Shown here: positions 1-8,306 of the stretch, piece after piece
How the letters are laid out: each line of letters opens with the position of its first letter
Position numbering within the stretch: position 1 is the stretch's first letter
Assembly: GCA_965248135.1 (NCBI GenBank)
Contig: CBDFIN010000007.1
Coordinates: forward strand, 126,386 to 190,385
Direction of reading: 5' to 3'
Length of the DNA: 64,000 nt
Source: Rhizobiaceae bacterium
GTDB lineage: Bacteria; Pseudomonadota; Alphaproteobacteria; Rhizobiales; Rhizobiaceae
The notes under the pieces: generated by a model
Seen by the model: only the letters and a program-made list of their open reading frames with translations
Databases searched by the model: none
Told to the model about the DNA's origin: nothing
Position numbers and translations under genes: made by a program

Positions 1-63
1 TTGAAGTTCCAACGCGCAACTTATGCCCACGACACCCGCACCGATGACAATTATGTTTGCCAT
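1..63 (-). CDS. FAD-dependent oxidoreductase, first 21 codons only (gene runs off the left edge)
   Basis: Reverse-strand ATG at 63-61 translates to MANIIVIGAGVVGISCALELQ, a Rossmann GxGxxG dinucleotide-binding start. It lies 60 nt downstream of the lyase gene and in the same orientation. Confidence 0.5.
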   Translation of the reverse strand, partial: MANIIVIGAGVVGISCALELQ

Positions 64-123
64 ATTTATTTTCAATTCATAAAAAGCTGACAATAAGTGT
101 TGAAACTACCGCCCTGTTGGTAG

Positions 124-1002
124 TTACCAATTCAGGATTGGTTCCATTGCGGCTCGAAAATCGGCTTTTTCCGTATCCGAAAGTGGGCCAAGTGGCGCAC
201 GACCTTCACCGACAGGTACGCCTTGCAATTCGCAGCCATATTTGACTTTTTGAACAAACTTGCCACTTTCCAGCATGCTCATTGCTTGATAAAGCGTTGC
301 CATCTGATCGCGGGCTTTGTCCAAATCACCAGAGCGGAATGTCCGGTCTAAGTCACAACAGGCTTTTGCCATGCAGTTCGCCGGGCCACAGATCCAGCTA
401 TCCGCACCCCAGACCATGAAATCAAGTGCGATGTCATCCGACCCGCTAACCAGTGCAATGCGGTCTTTATAACGGATATGAATATCCATGGCACGCTGCA
501 GTTCACCACTGGAATCCTTGATACCTATGATCCGCGGATGATCAGCCAACCCATCCAAAACATCAAAAGAAATATCAAAACCATCTTTGGCCGGATAACT
601 GTAAAGTACAACATTGATGTCGACAGCGTCCAAAACAGTGTTGAAATGGTTCACCAGTTCTTCATCTGATGGGCGTGTATAAAAAGGAGCGGCCAGCAAT
701 ACGCAATCATAGCCGATTTCTTTGGCAGCAACGGTATTTTCGATAACTTCTCGAGTAGCAGGCGCGTTGGTGCCAGCAATCAAGATTTCGCCGTCAGTTG
801 CAAAATCTTTAACGAATTTCAGAACCTCCAGTCGCTCTTCAAAGCTTTGCGAATAGTATTCGCCTGTTGAACCGTTGGGTACCCAGCCAGACACACCTGC
901 TTCGCGCAGGCTCGTCAGAAGTTTCTCGAAAGCGTTAAAATTCACTTTGTTGTTCTCGTCAAAAGGCGTGACGAGTGCGGGCATTACACCTGTAAGTTTC
1001 AT
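124..1002 (-). CDS. DHDPS/N-acetylneuraminate-lyase family (DapA-like) class I aldolase/deaminase
   Basis: The ORF-track protein has MKLTGVMPALVTPF, the NGSTGEYY motif and the Schiff-base lysine context IIGIKDSSG. I chose the internal ATG at 1002 (MKLTGV) rather than 1086 because the longer form overlaps the sulfatase gene by more than 120 nt. Confidence 0.85.
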   Translation of the reverse strand: MKLTGVMPALVTPFDENNKVNFNAFEKLLTSLREAGVSGWVPNGSTGEYYSQSFEERLEVLKFVKDFATDGEILIAGTNAPATREVIENTVAAKEIGYDCVLLAAPFYTRPSDEELVNHFNTVLDAVDINVVLYSYPAKDGFDISFDVLDGLADHPRIIGIKDSSGELQRAMDIHIRYKDRIALVSGSDDIALDFMVWGADSWICGPANCMAKACCDLDRTFRSGDLDKARDQMATLYQAMSMLESGKFVQKVKYGCELQGVPVGEGRAPLGPLSDTEKADFRAAMEPILNW

Positions 1003-2554
1003 AATATTCTCTTTCGTATAGTTTAGTTTTGTATGCAAGATAGCCGCGACGCTCAACCGCCGGAAAAGCATCCCCACGACGGACATAGTTTGTATTTTGA
1101 GTTAAAGGGCGGGGTGTGAAATCCCAGATTTCCTGCCGCCCGATCGAAAGAGCGCTGTCGATCAATTTACGAGCGGTTTGATTGGCCAGGACTTTGTCAG
1201 CAAGCGTATCCAGTTGCCAATTTGCTTCTGCCATTTCAGTCAGTCGCGCTTCGTCACTGTCATCTCCACCTGCCAGATTGTGCAACTCTCGGGGGTCAGA
1301 TTTGAGATCAAACAACTGCGGTGGGTATCCGCGCGAGAGTGTCAGTTTTTTATCACCGTCACGCACCATTACACGTGGGGCCGCAGTTCCACCATCAATG
1401 TGTTCAACAAACACCGGCCCGTCGATCTTTTCTCCTTTCAATGCAGGAAAAAGGTTCTTGCCTTCAATAGGTGTTTGTATGTCATCTGCGTCAATGCCTG
1501 CAATATCGAGAATGGTTGGAAACAGATCTAACAGCGACACTGGTGTTGCTACTCTGTTTTGCTCGAGATCAGGATGCGCAATGATGAGAGGAACTTGAAT
1601 GGCCGGATCAAATAAGGTTTTTTTGAACCACATACCCCGTTCCCCCATCATGTCACCATGATCAGACGCAAAGATGATCGTGGTGTTGTTGCTGTATCCG
1701 CTATCTTTCAACGCATCCAACAAGCGGCCAAACAGATCATCGACATAGGATATCATCCCGTAATACCCACGACGCGCATTGCGGTAATCCCCGTCAGTAA
1801 TATCAATTTTATCTTGCCCATAGTGATAGAAAAGTGATTGCGAGTGCTCGTCGCGTTCTTCAACCGGAATGTACGGCGTCCCGGGTTCATCAATGGAAGC
1901 GTCGGGGTACATATCCCAGTATTTTTGAAGCGTAACATACGGGTCGTGGGGGTGCGTAAGGGATACCGTCATCATAAACGGTCGATCATCGTCTGATCGA
2001 GCTCGCGTATATAGCTCGCGTACAGCGTGGTGTAGCACATCTTCATCGTAATCAATCTGCATCGACCTTGCGACTGGTGCAGCATCGCGTACCGTATCAA
2101 TAGTCGATACGCCAAAGGTGTACGCCCGTTCCTGATCCTTGTTAATGTCATTGAATTGCGCAACAGGTGTCCACGACATATCAGCCGGGTATATTTCCGT
2201 GGTCAGGCGTTCTTCGAAGCCGTGATATTGATCCGGTCCGACAAAATGCATTTTACCGGATATGCATGTGTAATATCCGCCAAGACGTAGATAATGCGCA
2301 AAAGTCGGGATGGATGCAGCAAACTCCGCACCATTGTCATAAGCACCAATTCGTGATGGCAAACGCCCGGACATCATGGAAAATCTTGATGGTGCGCACA
2401 GTGGATAGTTGCAATAGGCGTTTTCGAACACGGTGCCACGTGCTGCCAATCCATCAATGTTAGGTGTGTTACAGACTGTTCCACCATAGGTATTCAGCAC
2501 GAAAGAGGTCAATTGATCGACCATAAATAGGATGATGTTTGGTTTGGTCGTCAC
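959..2554 (-). CDS. betC: Choline-sulfatase-like type I sulfatase
   Basis: It has the N-terminal IILFMVDQL and the formylglycine motif CAPSR. SGKMHFVGPDQYHGFEERLTTEIYPAD, ISYVDD and SDHGDMMGERGMWFK closely follow my memory of rhizobial BetC. Confidence 0.8.
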   Translation of the reverse strand: MTTKPNIILFMVDQLTSFVLNTYGGTVCNTPNIDGLAARGTVFENAYCNYPLCAPSRFSMMSGRLPSRIGAYDNGAEFAASIPTFAHYLRLGGYYTCISGKMHFVGPDQYHGFEERLTTEIYPADMSWTPVAQFNDINKDQERAYTFGVSTIDTVRDAAPVARSMQIDYDEDVLHHAVRELYTRARSDDDRPFMMTVSLTHPHDPYVTLQKYWDMYPDASIDEPGTPYIPVEERDEHSQSLFYHYGQDKIDITDGDYRNARRGYYGMISYVDDLFGRLLDALKDSGYSNNTTIIFASDHGDMMGERGMWFKKTLFDPAIQVPLIIAHPDLEQNRVATPVSLLDLFPTILDIAGIDADDIQTPIEGKNLFPALKGEKIDGPVFVEHIDGGTAAPRVMVRDGDKKLTLSRGYPPQLFDLKSDPRELHNLAGGDDSDEARLTEMAEANWQLDTLADKVLANQTARKLIDSALSIGRQEIWDFTPRPLTQNTNYVRRGDAFPAVERRGYLAYKTKLYEREYYETYRCNARTRHAF

Positions 2555-2557
2555 AAT

Positions 2558-3304
2558 TCAATGGCCTATGATTTGGGAAAGAAAGTCTTGGGTACGTTCG
2601 TTTTGTGGATTGGTGAAGAATTGTTCCGGCTCGTTTTCCTCAACAATTTCACCATCAGCCATAAATATAACACGGTCCGCAACTTGCCGCGCAAATCCCA
2701 TTTCGTGAGTGACGCAAATCATGGTCATCCCCTCATTTGCCAGGCTGATCATCACGTCTAACACTTCAGAAATCATCTCCGGGTCGAGCGCTGAAGTTGG
2801 CTCGTCAAACAGCATGATCTCAGGCTCCATACACAATGCGCGTGCAATTGCCACCCGTTGCTGCTGTCCGCCAGAAAGTTGGCCGGGAAATTTGTCGGCT
2901 TGCTCGGGAATTTTCACCTTTTCCAGAAATTTCATTGCAATATTGTCGGCTTCAGATTGTGGCTTTTTGCGCACTAGCAAAGGCGCAAGGGTGCAGTTTT
3001 CCAAAATAGTCAGATGTGGAAACAGGTTAAAGTGTTGAAACACCATGCCGGTTTCGCGCCGGATTGCATCAATATTATCCACGTTATCGTTCAGATCAGT
3101 ATCCAGTACCGTTATCATTCCAGTCTGGAAATCTTCCAGCTTGTTAACGCACCGGATTAATGTGGATTTTCCCGACCCAGACGGGCCGCAGATTACAATT
3201 CGTTCACCTTTTTTTATTTTTAGATTGATATTCTTAAGCGCATGAAAGTTGCCATAATACTTATCTACATTGGCTATATCTATAGCTAGATCTTGGTTGC
3301 TCAT
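2558..3304 (-). CDS. Polar amino-acid ABC transporter ATP-binding protein (AapP/GlnQ-like)
   Basis: Walker [13 protein letters not shown] signature LSGGQQQR, Walker [12 protein letters not shown], and an H-loop VTHEM. Confidence 0.92.
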   Translation of the reverse strand: MSNQDLAIDIANVDKYYGNFHALKNINLKIKKGERIVICGPSGSGKSTLIRCVNKLEDFQTGMITVLDTDLNDNVDNIDAIRRETGMVFQHFNLFPHLTILENCTLAPLLVRKKPQSEADNIAMKFLEKVKIPEQADKFPGQLSGGQQQRVAIARALCMEPEIMLFDEPTSALDPEMISEVLDVMISLANEGMTMICVTHEMGFARQVADRVIFMADGEIVEENEPEQFFTNPQNERTQDFLSQIIGH

Positions 3305-3313
3305 GTGTTTCCC

Positions 3314-4399
3314 CTAGCGCTCGGCCATACTCAAACGGCGCTCCAGATAGGCGCCATAACGCGATAACGCAAATACAAATACAAAGAATACTGCGGCGAC
3401 AAAGGCATAAACTTCGTTGTGAGCAAAGCTCCATTCAGCGGTACCAAACGCGGCATTGCCCGAGGCCATCACATCAAAAAACCCTATGATCACCACAAGT
3501 GTGGTTTCTTTGAATGTGATCACGAACTGGTTGATAGTGGGAGGTAATGCGCGGTGGAAGGCTTGCGGCAGAATGATTCTGCTTATGCGATGCCAGTAGC
3601 CAAGGCCCAGCGCTTTTGCCGCCTCTTCCTGCCCGGAAGGCAATGACTGCATACCACCACGAATGATCTCAGCCTGATAACAGGCAAAGAACAGCGAATA
3701 TCCGAAAATGACTCGGTACAGTTTATCTCCAATCAACCAGCCTGGCAAAACAAATGGCAACACAATCGCAAAAGTGAACATGATAGAAAGCAAGGGAAGG
3801 GAACGGATTGTATCTATGACCAGTCCCATGGCGTACGAAATCCACGGCAATTCCGACCGGCGTAATAGCGCAAATATTACGGCCATCGGCATCCCCATGA
3901 TTGCTACCATTGAAAAGATAAATATGGTCAGCGACAAACCACCCCAGTTTCGCTCCGATACCAGTGTCATGCCGAATATACCGCCGTGCATCAGCACATA
4001 AAATATTGTAAATCCGCCAAGCCACAGGATCGACAACCGTTTGGCCGACCAAAAATACGGCACACAAGACAGGATAGCGACGACGATTATCGCACCACAG
4101 GCAATCGCTGATCTCCACTGCTCGTCAAACGGGAACAGTCCGAACAATATCAAACGCCAGCGCGCCGCCACTACAGACCAACATGCACCAGTATGTTTGG
4201 CGTGGTCCAGGCACATATCCCGGTTATCCGCACCGAATACAGCGTCCAGTAGTGCCCAGTTTAGTACCCCCCACATTACCCAGGCACTAAAGATCGCGAA
4301 TATCAATGTCACGGCAGTGTTGAATTTGGTCGAAAAATAACGCTTTCGAACTGTCACAAAAAGACCCGGTGTTTGATTGGCATTTGTTATATTCATCAC
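3314..4399 (-). CDS. Amino-acid ABC transporter permease (AapM-like)
   Basis: Polytopic membrane protein with the EAA-type loop QEEAAKALGLGYWHRISRIILPQA. It overlaps the upstream permease gene by 4 nt. Confidence 0.88.
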   Translation of the reverse strand: MMNITNANQTPGLFVTVRKRYFSTKFNTAVTLIFAIFSAWVMWGVLNWALLDAVFGADNRDMCLDHAKHTGACWSVVAARWRLILFGLFPFDEQWRSAIACGAIIVVAILSCVPYFWSAKRLSILWLGGFTIFYVLMHGGIFGMTLVSERNWGGLSLTIFIFSMVAIMGMPMAVIFALLRRSELPWISYAMGLVIDTIRSLPLLSIMFTFAIVLPFVLPGWLIGDKLYRVIFGYSLFFACYQAEIIRGGMQSLPSGQEEAAKALGLGYWHRISRIILPQAFHRALPPTINQFVITFKETTLVVIIGFFDVMASGNAAFGTAEWSFAHNEVYAFVAAVFFVFVFALSRYGAYLERRLSMAER

Positions 4400-5562
4400 C
4401 TCGCCTGCGAACCTTTCAGCTTGATCGCGTCATTTACACGATTAAGCAGCCAGGCCATTGCATAGTTTACTGCCAGAAATCCGCCCATCAAAATGCCGAT
4501 CAATTCCAGTGTTTGACCCGATTGATTGATCGACGTTGAAATGACCATGAAGAAATCGACGAAACCGATCGCAATGCCTATGGTTGTAGCTTTTAACAAC
4601 CAGACATATTGGTTGATCATCGTAGGCATAACAGCGCGGATCGCCAGCGGCAGCATGATCCGGCTAAAGGTGTGCCAGCGACTTAGCCCCAGTGCATGGG
4701 CAGCCTCTCCCTGCCCTTTGGCAACCGAATTGAATCCGGCACGTACAATCTCGGCGATATACGCTCCGCCGTAGATTGAAATAGCGATAATACACGCCAG
4801 CAGTTCAGGGGAAACACGAATCCCACCGCGAATACTCAACCCCTTTGGATAAGGCATATTCGTCAGTTCGGTATTGGGAATGCGGCCCACAACCATCAAA
4901 ATTACAATGGCAACCAGACCGGTGCTCCAGATCAAGCGTTTGTATTTGGTTTTTTGGACTGCTGGCATACCCGCAACATATCGCGCGGAGTTTAGCCACA
5001 AAACAATAGTAGCGGCGACTATCAGAGCGACAATCGCCAAAAAAACCATCGCAGAACTAATATTTAGCCCAGGGAAATAGGTCCCACGCCCGGTCAGATA
5101 AATAGAATTAAAAATCACTGTCGCTTGTTTGGGATTGGGCAAAGCAGTCAAGATTGCATACCAAGCAAACAATTGCAGCAAGAGCGGTACATTACGGAAC
5201 AGCTCAACATACATTGTGCCAACCATCTCTGCCATCGCATTGCCGGATGTACGCATCACTCCAACGGTAACTCCGATCACCGTAGCCAGCGTCAGCGATA
5301 TTGCGCCAACAAACATCGAGTTTAAAAAACCGACCAGAATTGCGCGTGAATAGGTCGAACCAGTGCTGTATTCCACCAGTGAGAAATTGATGCTCCAGCC
5401 TGTGGCCCGATTCAGAAAATCAAACCCGGATGTGAGGCCTTGTGCTTCCAAATTGTTGCGTGCGGTAAGAATAAACGTAACGACAATCAACGCCAGAAAG
5501 CCAACGAAGGCAAATTGAAGGCCAGTGTTCCGGAATTTCCTGTTTTTTAACAGAGATAACAT
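4396..5562 (-). CDS. Amino-acid ABC transporter permease (AapQ-like)
   Basis: Polytopic membrane protein with the loop GQGEAAHALGLSRWHTFSRIMLPLA. The gene order SBP-permease-permease-ATPase matches aapJQMP. Confidence 0.88.
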   Translation of the reverse strand: MLSLLKNRKFRNTGLQFAFVGFLALIVVTFILTARNNLEAQGLTSGFDFLNRATGWSINFSLVEYSTGSTYSRAILVGFLNSMFVGAISLTLATVIGVTVGVMRTSGNAMAEMVGTMYVELFRNVPLLLQLFAWYAILTALPNPKQATVIFNSIYLTGRGTYFPGLNISSAMVFLAIVALIVAATIVLWLNSARYVAGMPAVQKTKYKRLIWSTGLVAIVILMVVGRIPNTELTNMPYPKGLSIRGGIRVSPELLACIIAISIYGGAYIAEIVRAGFNSVAKGQGEAAHALGLSRWHTFSRIMLPLAIRAVMPTMINQYVWLLKATTIGIAIGFVDFFMVISTSINQSGQTLELIGILMGGFLAVNYAMAWLLNRVNDAIKLKGSQAR

Positions 5563-5661
5563 GCAATCTCCCTGGGAAATTTGCGGGCTGATTGATCCGG
5601 TGAGGTAGAGAGATGAGGCCGCTGTTTGAAATCGGCCTCATCTGGTTATCTAAAAATAATA

Positions 5662-6693
5662 TTAGTCGATGATCATCGGGTAGAAAACGCCACCGGCATT
5701 GTAGAGTGCGTTAATGCCGCGCGGCAATTTGTAAGCAGACCCAGAGCCAATGTTGCGCTCATAAATCTCGCCAAAATTACCAACTGCTTTGATCATATTG
5801 AAAGCCCAATCGTCCTTCAGGCCGAGCCGGGTACCGTAACCGGGTGTCACGCCCAGGAATTTACCGATAGTGGTAGAGGGAGGATTGGCGCGGATTTTCT
5901 CGACATTTTCCTGGGTGATGCCATGCAGTTCTGCAAACCAAAGTGATGACAGCATCCAGTTTTGCACGTCCAGCCAGTCAGGGTCGCCCTCGCGCACAAT
6001 GATACCTTCTGCTTCAAGGTCCAAAACGTCAGGCAAAATTATGTGCTCAGCCGGACTGTCAACAGTTACCCGCATTGCGGCAAGTGATGGCGCCCATTCA
6101 ATTATTCCATCACAACGACCGCTCAGATAAGATGAACGTACCTCATCGCCTTTTTCAAACACCACGGTTTCAGCATTGATCTTGTTGGTTTCAAGAAATG
6201 CAGCTAAAACCCTTTGGGTCGACGTGCCAGCACTCACACAAATGGCACCACCGTCCAGATCTGCCACAGATTTCGCTTCGGTCTTGGCGTGCGCCATTAT
6301 CTGAAATGCACCAATAAAATAGGGTCGTGAGTACGCCAGATTCAACTCCGTATCACGGCTTTGGGTCCAGCCTGAAACTTTGATTACCACATCAATATCG
6401 CCTGATTGCAGCGCCGGCCAGCGTTGCGCCCAGCTGATTGGAACGATTTCAAGTTTGTCTTTGTAGGTGCCGAAAAGACCTGCGGTCAATGCACGACATA
6501 TATCTATGTCGATGCCTTTCCATCCACCTTTGTCATCTACTTCGGCAAAGCCAAGAAAGCTGCCGTTGTGACCGCTACACAATAGTGAGCCGCGGTCCAG
6601 AACGGTCTTTAGGCGGCTGTCCTGCGCCTGTGCAGCGCTGGCAGCGACAACTAAGCCAACTGCTGCGGTCAAATTAAGAATTGATTTTATCAT
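5662..6693 (-). CDS. Amino-acid ABC transporter periplasmic substrate-binding protein (AapJ-like)
   Basis: The ATG at 6693 is preceded by GGAGG and gives the signal peptide MIKSILNLTAAVGLVVAASAAQA. The longer track ORF (to 6807) lacks an RBS and adds a non-signal extension. Confidence 0.85.
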   Translation of the reverse strand: MIKSILNLTAAVGLVVAASAAQAQDSRLKTVLDRGSLLCSGHNGSFLGFAEVDDKGGWKGIDIDICRALTAGLFGTYKDKLEIVPISWAQRWPALQSGDIDVVIKVSGWTQSRDTELNLAYSRPYFIGAFQIMAHAKTEAKSVADLDGGAICVSAGTSTQRVLAAFLETNKINAETVVFEKGDEVRSSYLSGRCDGIIEWAPSLAAMRVTVDSPAEHIILPDVLDLEAEGIIVREGDPDWLDVQNWMLSSLWFAELHGITQENVEKIRANPPSTTIGKFLGVTPGYGTRLGLKDDWAFNMIKAVGNFGEIYERNIGSGSAYKLPRGINALYNAGGVFYPMIID

Positions 6694-6943
6694 AGATTCC
6701 TCCCAGAAATGGTGTCGACAATGTGTATCCAAAATATTTATGTCGACATAATGCCGACAAGTCAATACAGTTTTTATGAGAATTCGATTTTGGTGGATCG
6801 AATCCAACGCTTCGAACCCCTAGGCTTTTTTCATGGATCAACTTATCGAAACATTTGAGTACGTTAGGCTACATCGCAAAAACGCCACGCGGGTTTAAAT
6901 GTCTCGGTCGTTCCACTAGATTGAAAAACACAAGTTTATCGCG

Positions 6944-7720
6944 ATGAGTTTTGCTATGGCGTCAAAAAGTAAAGAAAAAATGGAAATTCGCAAACAAGCA
7001 AAAGGTGGCGGCGCAATGTTTGTCTATCAAGAACTTCGCAAAGAAATTCTGTCTTTGGAACTGGAACCAGGACAGCCTTTGGACGAAACGTCTCTTGCAA
7101 ATCGATTCGCAATGTCCCGTTCACCTATAAGAGAAGCGCTTGTCCGGCTTTCGGCAGATGGGCTGGTTGAAATGCTGTCCAACAGGTCGACGTTGGTCGC
7201 CCCCATCGATCTCGCAAATTTTCCGCGCTACGTCGAGGCCCTGGATTTTTTGCAACGCATCAATACTAGGCTTGCCGCGAAATTTCGAACTGACCACGAT
7301 ATAGAAGGTATGACTAATGAGGCAGTTGCCTTCGATGAAGCTTGCAAGGACGGAGACTATCTAAAAATGTCTGCAAAAAATCGCGACTTTCACATGACCG
7401 TTGCAAAGGCAGGGAGAAACACGTATCTCGGCCGGGCTTATGGTCAATTACTTGATGAAGGCCGCCGCATTTTGCATATGCATTTTGAATTCATTCAATC
7501 ATCGGAGAGTGATCATTTGTTGACATCAGAACATTTTGAAATCACGAAGGCCATTCAAAATCAAGACGTTGAGTTGGCCGACAGACTCGCCCATGCTCAT
7601 ACAAGACAGTTTCACGACCGCTTTTTGAATTTCATGCGAGCCGGCTATTTTGATGATTTTAACTTTGAGAATTTCGAATCGATTGGCGTAAGGTCTAAGC
7701 CCAACACGAACAAAAAATAA
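6944..7720 (+). CDS. GntR-family transcriptional regulator (FCD-type C-terminal domain), divergent from the transporter operon
   Basis: The winged-helix region is LANRFAMSRSPIREALVRLSADGLVE, followed by a helical C-terminus containing His residues. The start is uncertain; in-frame ATGs occur at 6944, 6956, 6980 and 7016. Confidence 0.8.
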   Translation: MSFAMASKSKEKMEIRKQAKGGGAMFVYQELRKEILSLELEPGQPLDETSLANRFAMSRSPIREALVRLSADGLVEMLSNRSTLVAPIDLANFPRYVEALDFLQRINTRLAAKFRTDHDIEGMTNEAVAFDEACKDGDYLKMSAKNRDFHMTVAKAGRNTYLGRAYGQLLDEGRRILHMHFEFIQSSESDHLLTSEHFEITKAIQNQDVELADRLAHAHTRQFHDRFLNFMRAGYFDDFNFENFESIGVRSKPNTNKK

Positions 7721-7912
7721 TAACCTTCTCGATTGTGCGTCGTCTGACAAATATCGAGCTTATCGCCAACTAAGTACGGAAGGTGCCAGGCGCCTCACCC
7801 CAATAGTTGATGATGTCGAATGACCCCATAACTGTGAATAGGCATTTAAAATTGACCCGCCTGTTTTGGTAACATCCGCGTTTTAAGCGCGGAGAATGAA
7901 CAGGTGTTATTT

Positions 7913-8056
7913 ATGGAAAGTGCAGTAAAGATTGGTCGCTTGGTTTTGCGAGATGGCCATTCGATCCAGTCGGTCAGTCGAGATACGGGCCTGTCCCGCA
8001 ATACGATCAGGAAGTATCCGAGCGATGCTTCGGGGTATATTTTTTCTGTGTCATAG
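7913..8056 (+). pseudogene. IS21-family IstA transposase N-terminal HTH fragment (47 codons, then stop)
   Basis: My own translation is MESAVKIGRLVLRDGHSIQSVSRDTGLSRNTIRKYPSDASGYIFSVS*. This resembles the IstA HTH (..GxSxRxIAxxxGxSRNTVRKY..), and no catalytic domain follows. Confidence 0.55.
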
Positions 8057-8080
8057 GTTCACCTTTATGAGAGTTTTACT

Positions 8081-8170
8081 CTCCGGCAAACCCGGGGCGG
8101 TTCACTTATTCTTTTCCATAGCTCCAAATTATCCTATCTTTGGAGCCTCCGGCAAACCCGGGGCGGTTCA
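8081..8170. repeat. Two perfect 24-bp direct repeats, CTCCGGCAAACCCGGGGCGGTTCA (8081-8104 and 8147-8170)
   Basis: Read directly from the sequence. The repeats start 66 bp apart, immediately downstream of the IS21 fragment. They may be multi-copy terminal transposase-binding repeats of a deleted IS. Confidence 0.6.
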
Positions 8171-8245
8171 GTTTTGCCAAAGGAATTTCAGGAGGTCAAA
8201 GCCATGACAATTTTCTGTGACATGATATGTCCATTATGAAACTTT

Positions 8246-8274
8246 GAAACAAAATGGCCTGTTCATTTTGTTTC
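8246..8274 (-). terminator. Hairpin downstream of the STAND-TPR gene (weak terminator candidate)
   Basis: GAAACAAAATG (8246-8256) pairs perfectly with CATTTTGTTTC (8264-8274) around a 7-nt loop. The stem is A/T-rich and has no clean U-tract. Confidence 0.3.
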
Positions 8275-8306
8275 AATGCAGAAAGTGCCAATCACGCTTT
8301 AATCTC

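Noticed and set aside
3723-4118. A 131-aa ORF and other small ORFs nested in the ABC permease genes.
   Set aside because: They are alternative-frame or antisense ORFs inside clearly assigned permease genes.
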